Virus record (IMG/VR): IMGVR_UViG_3300032223_000428
Span: 12,580-76,579 of that record
Source of the DNA: a virus
DNA length: 64,000 nucleotides
Direction: 5' to 3' (one strand)
Shown here: positions 10,974 to 19,576 of the stretch, in pieces
How positions within the stretch are numbered: position 1 is the stretch's first letter
Layout: every line of letters starts with the position of its first letter
Translations under genes and position numbers: made by a program
The notes under the pieces: model-generated
The model's input: only the letters and a program-made list of their open reading frames with translations
Database searches by the model: none
What the model was told of the DNA's origin: nothing

Positions 10974-11936
10974 TTACCAACTTAGAATATAAACGAACCC
11001 TGGACCACCATCACCTGGTCTTGCTAATGTTGTTACAGTTGTATTTGATCCACCAGCACCGCCACCACCACATCCTGGTGCTCCATTTCCACCTGCGCCA
11101 GCAAGACCACCTGCTGTTGTAGTGGAACCACCACCGCCAGCACCACCTGTATATTGGAACATCTTTAGCATAGTGCCACCAGAGCCAGCACCAGCAGGAG
11201 TAGATGTGACTGCTGCCGCACCACCTGCAATTGCTGGAAAACTATCACCGAATCCTGCAAGTGTGATTGCGCCACCAGCTTGTGCTGATCCACTAGCTGT
11301 ACCACCTCCACCTGCTCCACCCTGAACCATAAGACCAGTTGTTGGATATGTTTGTGCAATCCCTGCTGTAGTGTTAGTACCACCTGTTGAGCCCACTTGC
11401 CCTGCATAGAACTGATATGCGCCACGACCAGCCAGTGGCATGTTAGCAATAGTGGCGATAATAGCAGCAGTACCACCACTACCGCCAGTTGATGTAGTGG
11501 CTGCTGTTGTCACAGTTCCAGGCGAAGCAAAGAGAACTGTTAATTGAGCAGACAATGTATTCCATGGCTCAAGAGCAACATAGGTAATTGTTCCAGCAAC
11601 ACCAACAGCAGCAGAAACTAATGTTGCTGGTTGTGAACCACCAAGTCCTGCTTGAATATAAAGAACATCAGGTAAAAACATGGCAGGAATCATCAGTGTA
11701 CTTTGAGCACCAGAGCCACCTCCTGCACCACCACCAGAGTTTGTGGCTGATGTGTTTAGACCGCAACCACCAGATGCGCCACCACCAACAGCAATCATGT
11801 AAACAAATCTTGCTCCACGTGGTTTACGCCATGTTTTCCATTCACCAGAAGATGCACCAGCAGTCGTCTGCGCTTGACCAATAAATGTTTGAACATCTAT
11901 GTTTGGATTAGTTAATATATGATTAAAGTCTAACAT
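10974..11936 (-). CDS. Glycine-rich putative fibre-associated protein (paralog of 11941..12894)
   Basis: W.KPRG...MIAVGGG...GGGGG..GDGG.GFVYI.SW glycine-rich domain. Confidence 0.7.
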   Translation of the reverse strand: MLDFNHILTNPNIDVQTFIGQAQTTAGASSGEWKTWRKPRGARFVYMIAVGGGASGGCGLNTSATNSGGGAGGGSGAQSTLMIPAMFLPDVLYIQAGLGGSQPATLVSAAVGVAGTITYVALEPWNTLSAQLTVLFASPGTVTTAATTSTGGSGGTAAIIATIANMPLAGRGAYQFYAGQVGSTGGTNTTAGIAQTYPTTGLMVQGGAGGGGTASGSAQAGGAITLAGFGDSFPAIAGGAAAVTSTPAGAGSGGTMLKMFQYTGGAGGGGSTTTAGGLAGAGGNGAPGCGGGGAGGSNTTVTTLARPGDGGPGFVYILSW

Positions 11937-11940
11937 GTTA

Positions 11941-12894
11941 TTACCAACTTATTATGTAAACGAATCCGTCGCCACCGTCACCAGCACGACCTGTTGTTGT
12001 GTATCCTGGACCACTTGCGCCACCGCCACATCCTGGTCCACCATTACCACCAGAACTACCTGTTGAGCCGTTACCAGTTGCAGCAAAAGCACCAGAACCA
12101 CCACCAGATCCACCATAGAACATAAATGGTTTTACCATGTATCCATTAATACCGTTACCACCATTGGTACCAGATGCTGCCGCAGCACCACCAGCCAAGG
12201 TAGGAAAAGTTCCACCTAAACCAAGACCAGTAATTGCACCGCCAGCACCACCTGCACCACCAGTGACATCTTTACCACCAGAACCTGCGCCACCTGTTAC
12301 CATTAATCCTGTTGTTGGTAATGTAATTGAACCACCAGCACCGTTCTGCGTTGCGCCAGCTGCACCACCATTCTGTCCTGCAAAATTCTGGCTCCAACCT
12401 CGACCAGCGAGTGGAAAGTTACCAGACATTGCTGTTGCAGTTCCACCAGTTGTTGAAGCAGCACCATTGGCTAATAAGAAAAATAAATTAACAGAAGATG
12501 TAACTGTAGTCGTTGGTTCAACTGCCACATAAGTTGCTGAACCTGCCACTGAAGCCAAAGCACTTGTTATCGCAGTACCCTGACGACCACCCAATCCTGT
12601 TTGAATGAACAATTCATTCGGAACAAACATCGCAGGTATTAAAAGCATACTTTGAGCACCAGAGCCACCTCCTGCTGCACCAGCGGCAGCAACAGATGTA
12701 TTAGTAAATGTTCCACCAACACCTGATGCGCCAGCACCAACAGCAATCATGTAAACCCAGTTTATACCACGTGGTTTAGTCCAAGTTCTCCAATCAAGTA
12801 TGTTAGTTGAAGTTTGGCCAGTAGAATCCGAATCTCCAAAGAAACTCTGGATATCTACGCCAGGATTACTAACAACATGACTAAAATCTAACAT
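11941..12894 (-). CDS. Glycine-rich putative fibre-associated protein
   Basis: Same N- and C-terminal motifs as 10974..11936 (MLDF.H...NP.VD.Q; GFVYIISW). Confidence 0.7.
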   Translation of the reverse strand: MLDFSHVVSNPGVDIQSFFGDSDSTGQTSTNILDWRTWTKPRGINWVYMIAVGAGASGVGGTFTNTSVAAAGAAGGGSGAQSMLLIPAMFVPNELFIQTGLGGRQGTAITSALASVAGSATYVAVEPTTTVTSSVNLFFLLANGAASTTGGTATAMSGNFPLAGRGWSQNFAGQNGGAAGATQNGAGGSITLPTTGLMVTGGAGSGGKDVTGGAGGAGGAITGLGLGGTFPTLAGGAAAASGTNGGNGINGYMVKPFMFYGGSGGGSGAFAATGNGSTGSSGGNGGPGCGGGASGPGYTTTGRAGDGGDGFVYIISW

Positions 12895-12897
12895 TTT

Positions 12898-13320
12898 TTA
12901 ATAAGCACCAGCAACTACTGTAGCTACCCATCCTGAAGCTACGGTAGTTGCAACTCCAGCATATATTCTATAACCAGCTGGTAATGCAAGGTTTAATGGA
13001 TAATCAATATCAACTGTGGCTGCTGTGTTTGAAGCTGTAGTTGCTGGTAAAGAAATTTCACCATAAAACACGTTGTTGGTTGCAGTACCATTGGTTGAGC
13101 CGTTGTTTATGTATATACGCATTACTGTGGCGATGTTAGTACCAATTGCTTTAAATCTAATACGTTGTACAAAACCACCATTGGTTGCATCTGACGTAAA
13201 AATCAAAATGTTGTTGGCACCAATACCAGTGTAATCAGCAGTTGCCGTTAATATTGTAGTAGAACCAATACCACCGATGGCACCGATTCTTGAAAAGATT
13301 GGGGTTGTATTTCCTGCCAT
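12898..13320 (-). CDS. Hypothetical virion-associated beta-rich protein
   Basis: 140-aa ORF with AGGA RBS, in the fibre cassette. Confidence 0.65.
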   Translation of the reverse strand: MAGNTTPIFSRIGAIGGIGSTTILTATADYTGIGANNILIFTSDATNGGFVQRIRFKAIGTNIATVMRIYINNGSTNGTATNNVFYGEISLPATTASNTAATVDIDYPLNLALPAGYRIYAGVATTVASGWVATVVAGAY

Positions 13321-13330
13321 TATTATTCCT

Positions 13331-13699
13331 TTAAGTTAAATTCCATCCCATCGCAGTCGTTACTCCGAGTCCTATTGCATTACCCATGTTAACTGCCATC
13401 GCTGCAGGATAATCACAAAATACCACATAACCAGCAGATACACTGATCTTAGCCAGCGATCCTGCTGAGGATGCTAGCACAGTGTCTCGAGAAAGGGTAG
13501 TTCCAGATAATGTGTATGTACCAATACCAACTTCCCAGTTGGCACCAGTAGTATTATCTGTTATTGTATAATATGTTTGATTGCCGTTACCAATAGCAGC
13601 AAATGACTGGTAACCAGCAACAGCACCTTGTAGGGTTATTGTGCCAGTACCAGCAGCGTTTGTTGTCTCTTGGACACGATCAGCTAATACGAGAGCCAT
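13331..13699 (-). CDS. Phage structural protein (MALVLADRVQETT type, fibre N-terminal-like)
   Basis: N-terminus MALVLADRVQETT..GTGTITL.GA and WEVGIGTY resemble phage tail-fibre attachment proteins; GGAG RBS. Confidence 0.65.
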   Translation of the reverse strand: MALVLADRVQETTNAAGTGTITLQGAVAGYQSFAAIGNGNQTYYTITDNTTGANWEVGIGTYTLSGTTLSRDTVLASSAGSLAKISVSAGYVVFCDYPAAMAVNMGNAIGLGVTTAMGWNLT

Positions 13700-13724
13700 T
13701 TAATCACTCCTTGCAGAGCGATTA

Positions 13725-13901
13725 TTAAACCGCCTCTACTTCGCTTACTAAGAAATAGCGTTCTTGTGGAACATTATCGAAATCAGTATATTGAACTAGA
13801 TACTGCATTTCGAATGTAGTACCATCAACAGCTGCGCCAGTTACTACTCCAGTAAGAGTAGTATTTTTAATTTTAACTTGGTCGTCTTTTTTAAATGCCA
13901 T
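13725..13901 (-). CDS. Small hypothetical protein (58 aa, below ORF-track cutoff)
   Basis: MAFKKDDQVKIKNTTLTGVVTGAAVDGTTFEMQYLVQYTDFDNVPQERYFLVSEVEAV*, GGGA RBS, fills gap in operon. Confidence 0.75.
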   Translation of the reverse strand: MAFKKDDQVKIKNTTLTGVVTGAAVDGTTFEMQYLVQYTDFDNVPQERYFLVSEVEAV

Positions 13902-13913
13902 TTTAATCCCCTA

Positions 13914-14495
13914 TTATACTGAAGCAGTGTAAGTTACGTTCAATGTATCGCCAGAAGCAACAGCTTTGTTACCACCAGTGAAAGAACCAGCTGAGTAAAG
14001 AATACCACCACCACCGTTGGAAGCAGTACCACGAGCCTGAGTTGAGCATAACAATGTACCAGCAATAGTAGCAGTACCAGTGATAGCGAATGCAGTTGCA
14101 GTAGTTGCTTTAGAACCAGCAGAAGCAGATGACCATGATGGAGTTGCTCTGTTAGTTGCGGAACCACCAGCAGTATAAGTAACAGAAGCTGCAATTTCTG
14201 ACCAACCAGAGTGTGATGCTAAAGTATCACCAGCAGCGTATGTTGGAGTTGTACCACCATCAACTAGACCTAGATACCATGCTGCAGTATATGCAGAACC
14301 TGCTAGGTATTTATCTAGTAAGTCGTTTTTACCAACTGTTGTTACTAAGTTTGTATAAGTGTCTGTCCACTTTAAATTACCTTCTGAATCATAGCATGTT
14401 GCTGTATAAACACCAGATGCCTGAAGCATTTCGTCCATGCTGTTTCCAGTAGAAATACCACTAGAAACTACAGAGTTCGCATTTACTTGTTCCAT
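13914..14495 (-). CDS. Phage tail-associated protein (homolog of 30569..31036)
   Basis: NLVTTVGK...GDTLNVTYT motif shared with NLVMTVGK...GDSIAVTW. Confidence 0.65.
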   Translation of the reverse strand: MEQVNANSVVSSGISTGNSMDEMLQASGVYTATCYDSEGNLKWTDTYTNLVTTVGKNDLLDKYLAGSAYTAAWYLGLVDGGTTPTYAAGDTLASHSGWSEIAASVTYTAGGSATNRATPSWSSASAGSKATTATAFAITGTATIAGTLLCSTQARGTASNGGGGILYSAGSFTGGNKAVASGDTLNVTYTASV

Positions 14496-14513
14496 TTAAA
14501 TCTCCTTGTTGAA

Positions 14514-14840
14514 TTAAGCGAATTGTGCTCTTACCTGAAATTGAAGTGTATCATAAACTGTCTGTTTAGTTCCAGAGTAATTTAACTCAACTTCGCCTTC
14601 GTAATACCCTGGATCCACATTTAATGCAGTCCCAGAAAAATTAAAAATTACTATCCCATCAGATCCACCATTTGGCTTAGTGCATGCGATTGTAGAAAGA
14701 ACGGTAGTAGAACCTTTCGCTCTAAAATACATCTGAACTGTTGCCGCAGATACATCTATTGGAAGACCAGTAGCATGTTTAAGGGTGAGTCTGATATAAG
14801 GCAAATTATCGCCCTGAACCAGTTTAATCCTTTCAGCCAT
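14514..14840 (-). CDS. BppU N-terminal-like Ig-fold adaptor protein
   Basis: IKLVQGDNLP..L...PID.S.ATV...G.Y.GEVE.......T pattern. Confidence 0.6.
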   Translation of the reverse strand: MAERIKLVQGDNLPYIRLTLKHATGLPIDVSAATVQMYFRAKGSTTVLSTIACTKPNGGSDGIVIFNFSGTALNVDPGYYEGEVELNYSGTKQTVYDTLQFQVRAQFA

Positions 14841-14852
14841 CTGTACTCCTTT

Positions 14853-14859
14853 TATTTAG
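14853..14859 (-). promoter_or_regulatory. T4-type late promoter (CTAAATA) for the fibre cassette
   Basis: Intergenic [C/A]TAAATA; same motif precedes many structural genes. Confidence 0.65.
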
Positions 14860-14892
14860 TTACTCTTTATTTATAAACGATTGTATTTGTAA

Positions 14893-15933
14893 TTAATCGT
14901 TAAGAATATTTTGATAGTTTTTAAGAAGAAATAACCACTGTTGATTCGTAAACTGTAACACTGATGTTCCTTTAGATTTGTTTTTGGAGTAGTGTTCCTC
15001 TCCGAACAAATCTCTAAGAGCCTCTCTCATCTGCCATCTATGAGTACTAGAATCACCACGAACTTTAATAAAAGGTTCATTAGTAGTCATGGACCAAAGT
15101 TGAAAATCATCTGTAGCGAAAAATGGAATTATTCTCTCTGCCTTTTCATTATGCATCATTGTTTTATGATCGTATAAACCAGTATACCAGTTTAAATTAA
15201 ATAGACAATACCATCTTAAATCATAGATCGTTTCGATTTTCCTATGAGATGCTTTAATCATAGGATCGAAAAACTCTAACAATTCTGGATTAATATGTTT
15301 CTCATAGGATTCATAAATCGTATCTTTATTACCTAATTTGTAGTGAAACGCCATAGATCCATCTGTATCGAACATGTCATCAGTTGGACCAAATAAATGA
15401 TTGGCACACATTCCACTAACGAAGATACAATCTATTGCATTAAAAGAATGCACATTAGGTGGAGGAACCTCTATTCTATATTTAAATTCATCTTTAAGTC
15501 TTCTATCAAATAAGTCACCAGATTCTATTAAAGAATTAAATGTACCCCAGACTCTAACTTGATCTGGATCATTTGAATAATATTTTAGAAGAAATAAAAT
15601 AAAAGTGCTATCAAGTCCTCCAGACCAAAGAACATGAATAACTTTGTTTTGATTTAATAACTCTTTGGCTCTTTCTTCACAAACTTCCATAAAAGTTTTA
15701 TTAAATGGTTTTATGGCAGGAAGATGATTAGATTTATCAATGTTTAAATAATGCGGTAAAATACCAGATCTATCGTAAACCATATTACTAGAATTTAATC
15801 CTAGTTTATTATAAGTTTCCAATAATGAATCATCAAAATCTTCAGATAAAAATGGTACCAATACATTACGATGTGTTTTTATTAAAGATGGAACCTCTTT
15901 ATAATTATAATATAAAATGTCTTTTTTAAGCAT
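14893..15933 (-). CDS. Asparagine synthetase C-domain-like ATP pyrophosphatase (PP-loop), no GATase domain
   Basis: LWSGGLDS PP-loop; FVSGMCANHLFG matches the AsnB SGEGADELFG position. Confidence 0.7.
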   Translation of the reverse strand: MLKKDILYYNYKEVPSLIKTHRNVLVPFLSEDFDDSLLETYNKLGLNSSNMVYDRSGILPHYLNIDKSNHLPAIKPFNKTFMEVCEERAKELLNQNKVIHVLWSGGLDSTFILFLLKYYSNDPDQVRVWGTFNSLIESGDLFDRRLKDEFKYRIEVPPPNVHSFNAIDCIFVSGMCANHLFGPTDDMFDTDGSMAFHYKLGNKDTIYESYEKHINPELLEFFDPMIKASHRKIETIYDLRWYCLFNLNWYTGLYDHKTMMHNEKAERIIPFFATDDFQLWSMTTNEPFIKVRGDSSTHRWQMREALRDLFGEEHYSKNKSKGTSVLQFTNQQWLFLLKNYQNILND

Positions 15934-15944
15934 AGAATCAAACT

Positions 15945-15967
15945 AAAAGTGGGGTTAAAACCCCACT
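15945..15967 (-). terminator. Intrinsic terminator-like hairpin
   Basis: AGTGGGGTT-TT-AACCCCACT followed by TTT on the minus strand, between the DctP-like and AsnB-like genes. Confidence 0.65.
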
Positions 15968-15985
15968 ATAATATATTTTTTATAA

Positions 15986-16918
15986 TTAAGATTTAAGTTT
16001 ATCAATAAGTCCTTCAGAAAATACATCATTGTATTTTCCATAAACAGAAGATGTCGCCTGTTTAATTTTGTCTTTTTCTTCTTGTGTTAATTCAACTATT
16101 TCAATTCCCTCAGTTTGACATGCAGTTTTAATAGCTTCAAGATTTGGCATAGAAACGAATGCAGCATTAGTAGAAGCAGTTAATAATGCTTCTTTAGTTT
16201 CATCATCTAATTCATCAAAGAACATTTTATTAATTACAATGCAACCTAGCGATAGACTATGTTCAGTATCACTAACATATTTAAAAGATTTACTCTTTAT
16301 TAAAGGTAGTAAATTAAAATAATCTATTTCTGCAGAATCAATAATATTAAATTTTGCGGAAGAAACAATATTCTGATATTCGATATTATGGACTGGAGTA
16401 GATTCAATAGACTTAAACGTCTCATTAGAAACAGAGTTATTTCCTGTTTTAATTTTTTTATCTTTAAATGATGTTAATGTATCGCATTTAACTTTAGAAG
16501 CTATTACATTAGCTCCATTAGAAAACGTGAATTTTAATGCTTTGATACCAACTTTATTTTCTACACCAACCAATAGGTCAGATCCAGCTTCTCCATTTAA
16601 TACAGTATAAGCATCTGAAATGCTGTCGAAAATAAATGGTAATTGCAATGCATCAAGATCTTTATTGATATCTGCCAAGACTTCAGTTGGCAAAATACCC
16701 ATAGTAATATCACCCTTACCAATTAGGTGTAGGATATTACGTGGATTGCTGGATGAGTCTGGTGCATATTTCTCAACATATTCAGAAGAAGACATTACTT
16801 CAAAACTGAGTTTATCACTACACTTTTGGTCTACTTCTTTAACGAAAGAATCTGTAACATTAAAAGATACATCGAATGGATCCACAGAAACAACCCATTT
16901 TACTTTTTTAATTTCCAT
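15986..16918 (-). CDS. TRAP transporter DctP-like solute-binding fold protein, no signal peptide
   Basis: G.I.M...LQLPFIFDS, KKIK.....S.E.FK.I...PV, INK.FFD.L..E.K.AL motifs of DctP. Confidence 0.7.
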   Translation of the reverse strand: MEIKKVKWVVSVDPFDVSFNVTDSFVKEVDQKCSDKLSFEVMSSSEYVEKYAPDSSSNPRNILHLIGKGDITMGILPTEVLADINKDLDALQLPFIFDSISDAYTVLNGEAGSDLLVGVENKVGIKALKFTFSNGANVIASKVKCDTLTSFKDKKIKTGNNSVSNETFKSIESTPVHNIEYQNIVSSAKFNIIDSAEIDYFNLLPLIKSKSFKYVSDTEHSLSLGCIVINKMFFDELDDETKEALLTASTNAAFVSMPNLEAIKTACQTEGIEIVELTQEEKDKIKQATSSVYGKYNDVFSEGLIDKLKS

Positions 16919-17210
16919 TTTTTATTTCTCCTAATTTACTAGTATCGAACGACCAACTGCTTGTTTGTTGTTCTATTGTTCTTTGAGCGATCATTATCTT
17001 ACTATTTATAAAGTATTTTAGTATGTCCATTGTAAACTGTTCTCTATTTTCAAAACATTCCAATGGAATCAAAGTATCTCTAGACTCATAATTTTTGTTA
17101 TTAGAGTCGTAATAAAATACATCTTTTATACAAAAATATTCAGTAGTGTGTTTTAATATTCTAGGATACTGTCTTATTTCAACCATGTATCCTTCAAAAA
17201 ATGAACTCAT
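16908..17210 (-). CDS. Hypothetical protein (100 aa)
   Basis: Overlaps both neighbours (translational coupling). Confidence 0.6.
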   Translation of the reverse strand: MSSFFEGYMVEIRQYPRILKHTTEYFCIKDVFYYDSNNKNYESRDTLIPLECFENREQFTMDILKYFINSKIMIAQRTIEQQTSSWSFDTSKLGEIKNGN

Positions 17211-18598
17211 GCAACCACCGAAATTGGTATAATTTTTCTTGGTTTTCTAACATTAGATGGTTTACCATTAGTCCACCAGAATATATCTTTCCTATCTTCC
17301 CTTAGTGGACCTTCGATATATTCTGGAATGCACCCAGTAATTTCTTCTATTGCTATACTAAACATAACGATATTATCACTAAATGCATTATCGCATGATG
17401 CATCCCATAGTGGTCCAGAAAGAAACATACATGCACCTTTACATATATGAATAACAGGACAGTTAGGGCACTCTTTTCTATCACTCCAATGAGTGGCAGT
17501 ATTTAATTGAGAAGAATTTAAATCAGAGATATGTCCTATCTTATGAGACATTCCTGCAGGATTATTAGAAACTGCGCTAACATTCTGACATGTCAAAACA
17601 TTACCATTTAAGTCTAATGCAATAGAATCTGATTTATCCATACCACACTTTTGTGGTAAAGATTCTATTCTAGAACCATTCTTAATAGAATTTAAAAATG
17701 TATTAAATTTACTGCCAATTACAGAAAATCTGCTGGCACCACCACGTCTTAATTCATCTAGAGAAAGATTTCTAAATTTATTATCCTCTTCCCCATCCAA
17801 TAATGAATTGGCAAGACCACCTTCATCATAAGCATCAACGAACGCACCTTCACCAATAGTTAAAAAATCACAGTATTCTTTTCCAATATTATCAGTAATA
17901 AATTTGATAAAAAATTCTTGGATTTTTGTTCTGCTTATATTTTTAGAGTTAATCATAGAATTAAAACTAAAACGACGTTTAGGTGCCAATCTTTTATAAA
18001 GATCTAAAATGGCTTCTTTTGATACTGGATCGTCAAAAGGATCTGGTCCACGAACTGGTTGTCCTGGACCATCATGAGAAACTGCAATACCAAACCCTAA
18101 AGATTCTAGCCAGTCATTCTTTTCTTTATCCAATAAACTACCATTAGTGATAATACCCATATTGCAATTTGGATATTTTTGTTTAATCGCTTCAGCTAAA
18201 GGTTTTAGTGTTTTCCAATAAACAAATGGTTCACCACCCCAAAATTCAAAGGTTGTATTTTTTCCTAATAAATCATCTCCTCCCTCAAACCATGAGGACA
18301 TATTTTCTACGAAAGGGAGAACATCATCGGGATTGGTTTGATCGGCATGAGGAACGAAACGCTGGTTGCAATAATCACACTCGAAATTGCATGAAAGACC
18401 TAGCTGTATTTTTACAGTCTTTAGGTCTTTCTTCCCATGTTCTATTTTTGCTGGAGCCAGAACATCTGGTTGTGTCATTACATTATCATAAATTGGAGTT
18501 CCATCTTCCCATGTTAATGTACTAACACTACTATCATAAATTATCACTTTATGTTTTTGTTCTTTAACATCCCATGATTTAATTTCAAATTTTGCCAT
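17207..18598 (-). CDS. Radical SAM/SPASM-domain protein (anSME/peptide maturase-like)
   Basis: CNFECDYC (CxxxCxxC), WGGEP, ITNG, and C-terminal SPASM cysteines KCG..TC..CPNC.....C...C..C. Confidence 0.92.
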   Translation of the reverse strand: MAKFEIKSWDVKEQKHKVIIYDSSVSTLTWEDGTPIYDNVMTQPDVLAPAKIEHGKKDLKTVKIQLGLSCNFECDYCNQRFVPHADQTNPDDVLPFVENMSSWFEGGDDLLGKNTTFEFWGGEPFVYWKTLKPLAEAIKQKYPNCNMGIITNGSLLDKEKNDWLESLGFGIAVSHDGPGQPVRGPDPFDDPVSKEAILDLYKRLAPKRRFSFNSMINSKNISRTKIQEFFIKFITDNIGKEYCDFLTIGEGAFVDAYDEGGLANSLLDGEEDNKFRNLSLDELRRGGASRFSVIGSKFNTFLNSIKNGSRIESLPQKCGMDKSDSIALDLNGNVLTCQNVSAVSNNPAGMSHKIGHISDLNSSQLNTATHWSDRKECPNCPVIHICKGACMFLSGPLWDASCDNAFSDNIVMFSIAIEEITGCIPEYIEGPLREDRKDIFWWTNGKPSNVRKPRKIIPISVVA

Positions 18599-18643
18599 AT
18601 AATTTCCAAAATTGGCACTCTACCATAGAGCACCTCATAAATC

Positions 18644-18650
18644 TATTTAG
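18644..18650 (-). promoter_or_regulatory. Late promoter (CTAAATA) upstream of the rSAM gene
   Basis: Overlaps upstream stop codon; followed by leader hairpin GGTGCTCTA-TGG-TAGAGTGCC. Confidence 0.5.
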
Positions 18651-19567
18651 ATCGTTTTAGTGAATGTGGTTTGAGCAAGCCAAAACTTAAATCCAATTTT
18701 AACTGAAACTGTATCTCCAGAATCTAATCCTGTAGTTATAACTTTAAAAGAACCAGTTCCATTAGTTAATGGAATTTTTGTTTTTGGCAAAAATCCAGTA
18801 TTTGTTTGTAAATATAAAAAATCAATTCTTTCATCGGTTGTTACATTCACAGTAATAACATCACCAGAAATACTCGAGGTCGTGTTTATCTGAGCCATTA
18901 ATTCTTCTGGAGGAGATATAAATTCTTTTAATAAAGATAAACTAGTATCAACTTCTATAGTATGATCAGCGAAGCCAGTTCTATCTACAATATTATCACC
19001 ACCTGGTCTAACAGTTTTTGGTGGATAATAATCTCTTGTGTCAGATATCGCCATTGGTTTTTGAATAACCAAAATAATGTCATCAGAAGTAGGATTATCA
19101 CTTGTGACAAAGAAATTAAATAAAGATTTACCACCAAAAATATTATTCACACCATTCCCATATGATAAAGAATATGCATTATAAATTTTATCAGATGGAA
19201 TTGTGGTAGAATTAGTAGGAAGTAAAGATTCTATAAAATCCTGATCAATTCCCCATGCTGTTTGTGCTGGAGATTTTAGTAAAGGAGTGATATCAATTAA
19301 AAAATCATAAACTTTTAAATTTTCTGTAGTGTTAGTTAATACAATTTTAAATAAATTATCTTGTACGTTCTGTATTTCCCATTTAAAATGTATTGGAGTA
19401 GTCTCCCATAAAGGGTGATCTCTTAAGTCATCTTGTATTTCTTGAGAAAACTCTGATGCGTTATCCCAATCTAAATTTGGATATAATCCATGTTTCCAAT
19501 TTAAACTAATAGTATTATTAACAAAAGAATATTTTCTACTATCTGTTAGTCTTAGTGCGTATTTCAT
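18647..19567 (-). CDS. Hypothetical protein with a C-terminal Ig-like beta domain
   Basis: 306-aa ORF between tail fibre and rSAM; AGGA RBS. Confidence 0.7.
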   Translation of the reverse strand: MKYALRLTDSRKYSFVNNTISLNWKHGLYPNLDWDNASEFSQEIQDDLRDHPLWETTPIHFKWEIQNVQDNLFKIVLTNTTENLKVYDFLIDITPLLKSPAQTAWGIDQDFIESLLPTNSTTIPSDKIYNAYSLSYGNGVNNIFGGKSLFNFFVTSDNPTSDDIILVIQKPMAISDTRDYYPPKTVRPGGDNIVDRTGFADHTIEVDTSLSLLKEFISPPEELMAQINTTSSISGDVITVNVTTDERIDFLYLQTNTGFLPKTKIPLTNGTGSFKVITTGLDSGDTVSVKIGFKFWLAQTTFTKTI

Positions 19568-19576
19568 GCATATTCC

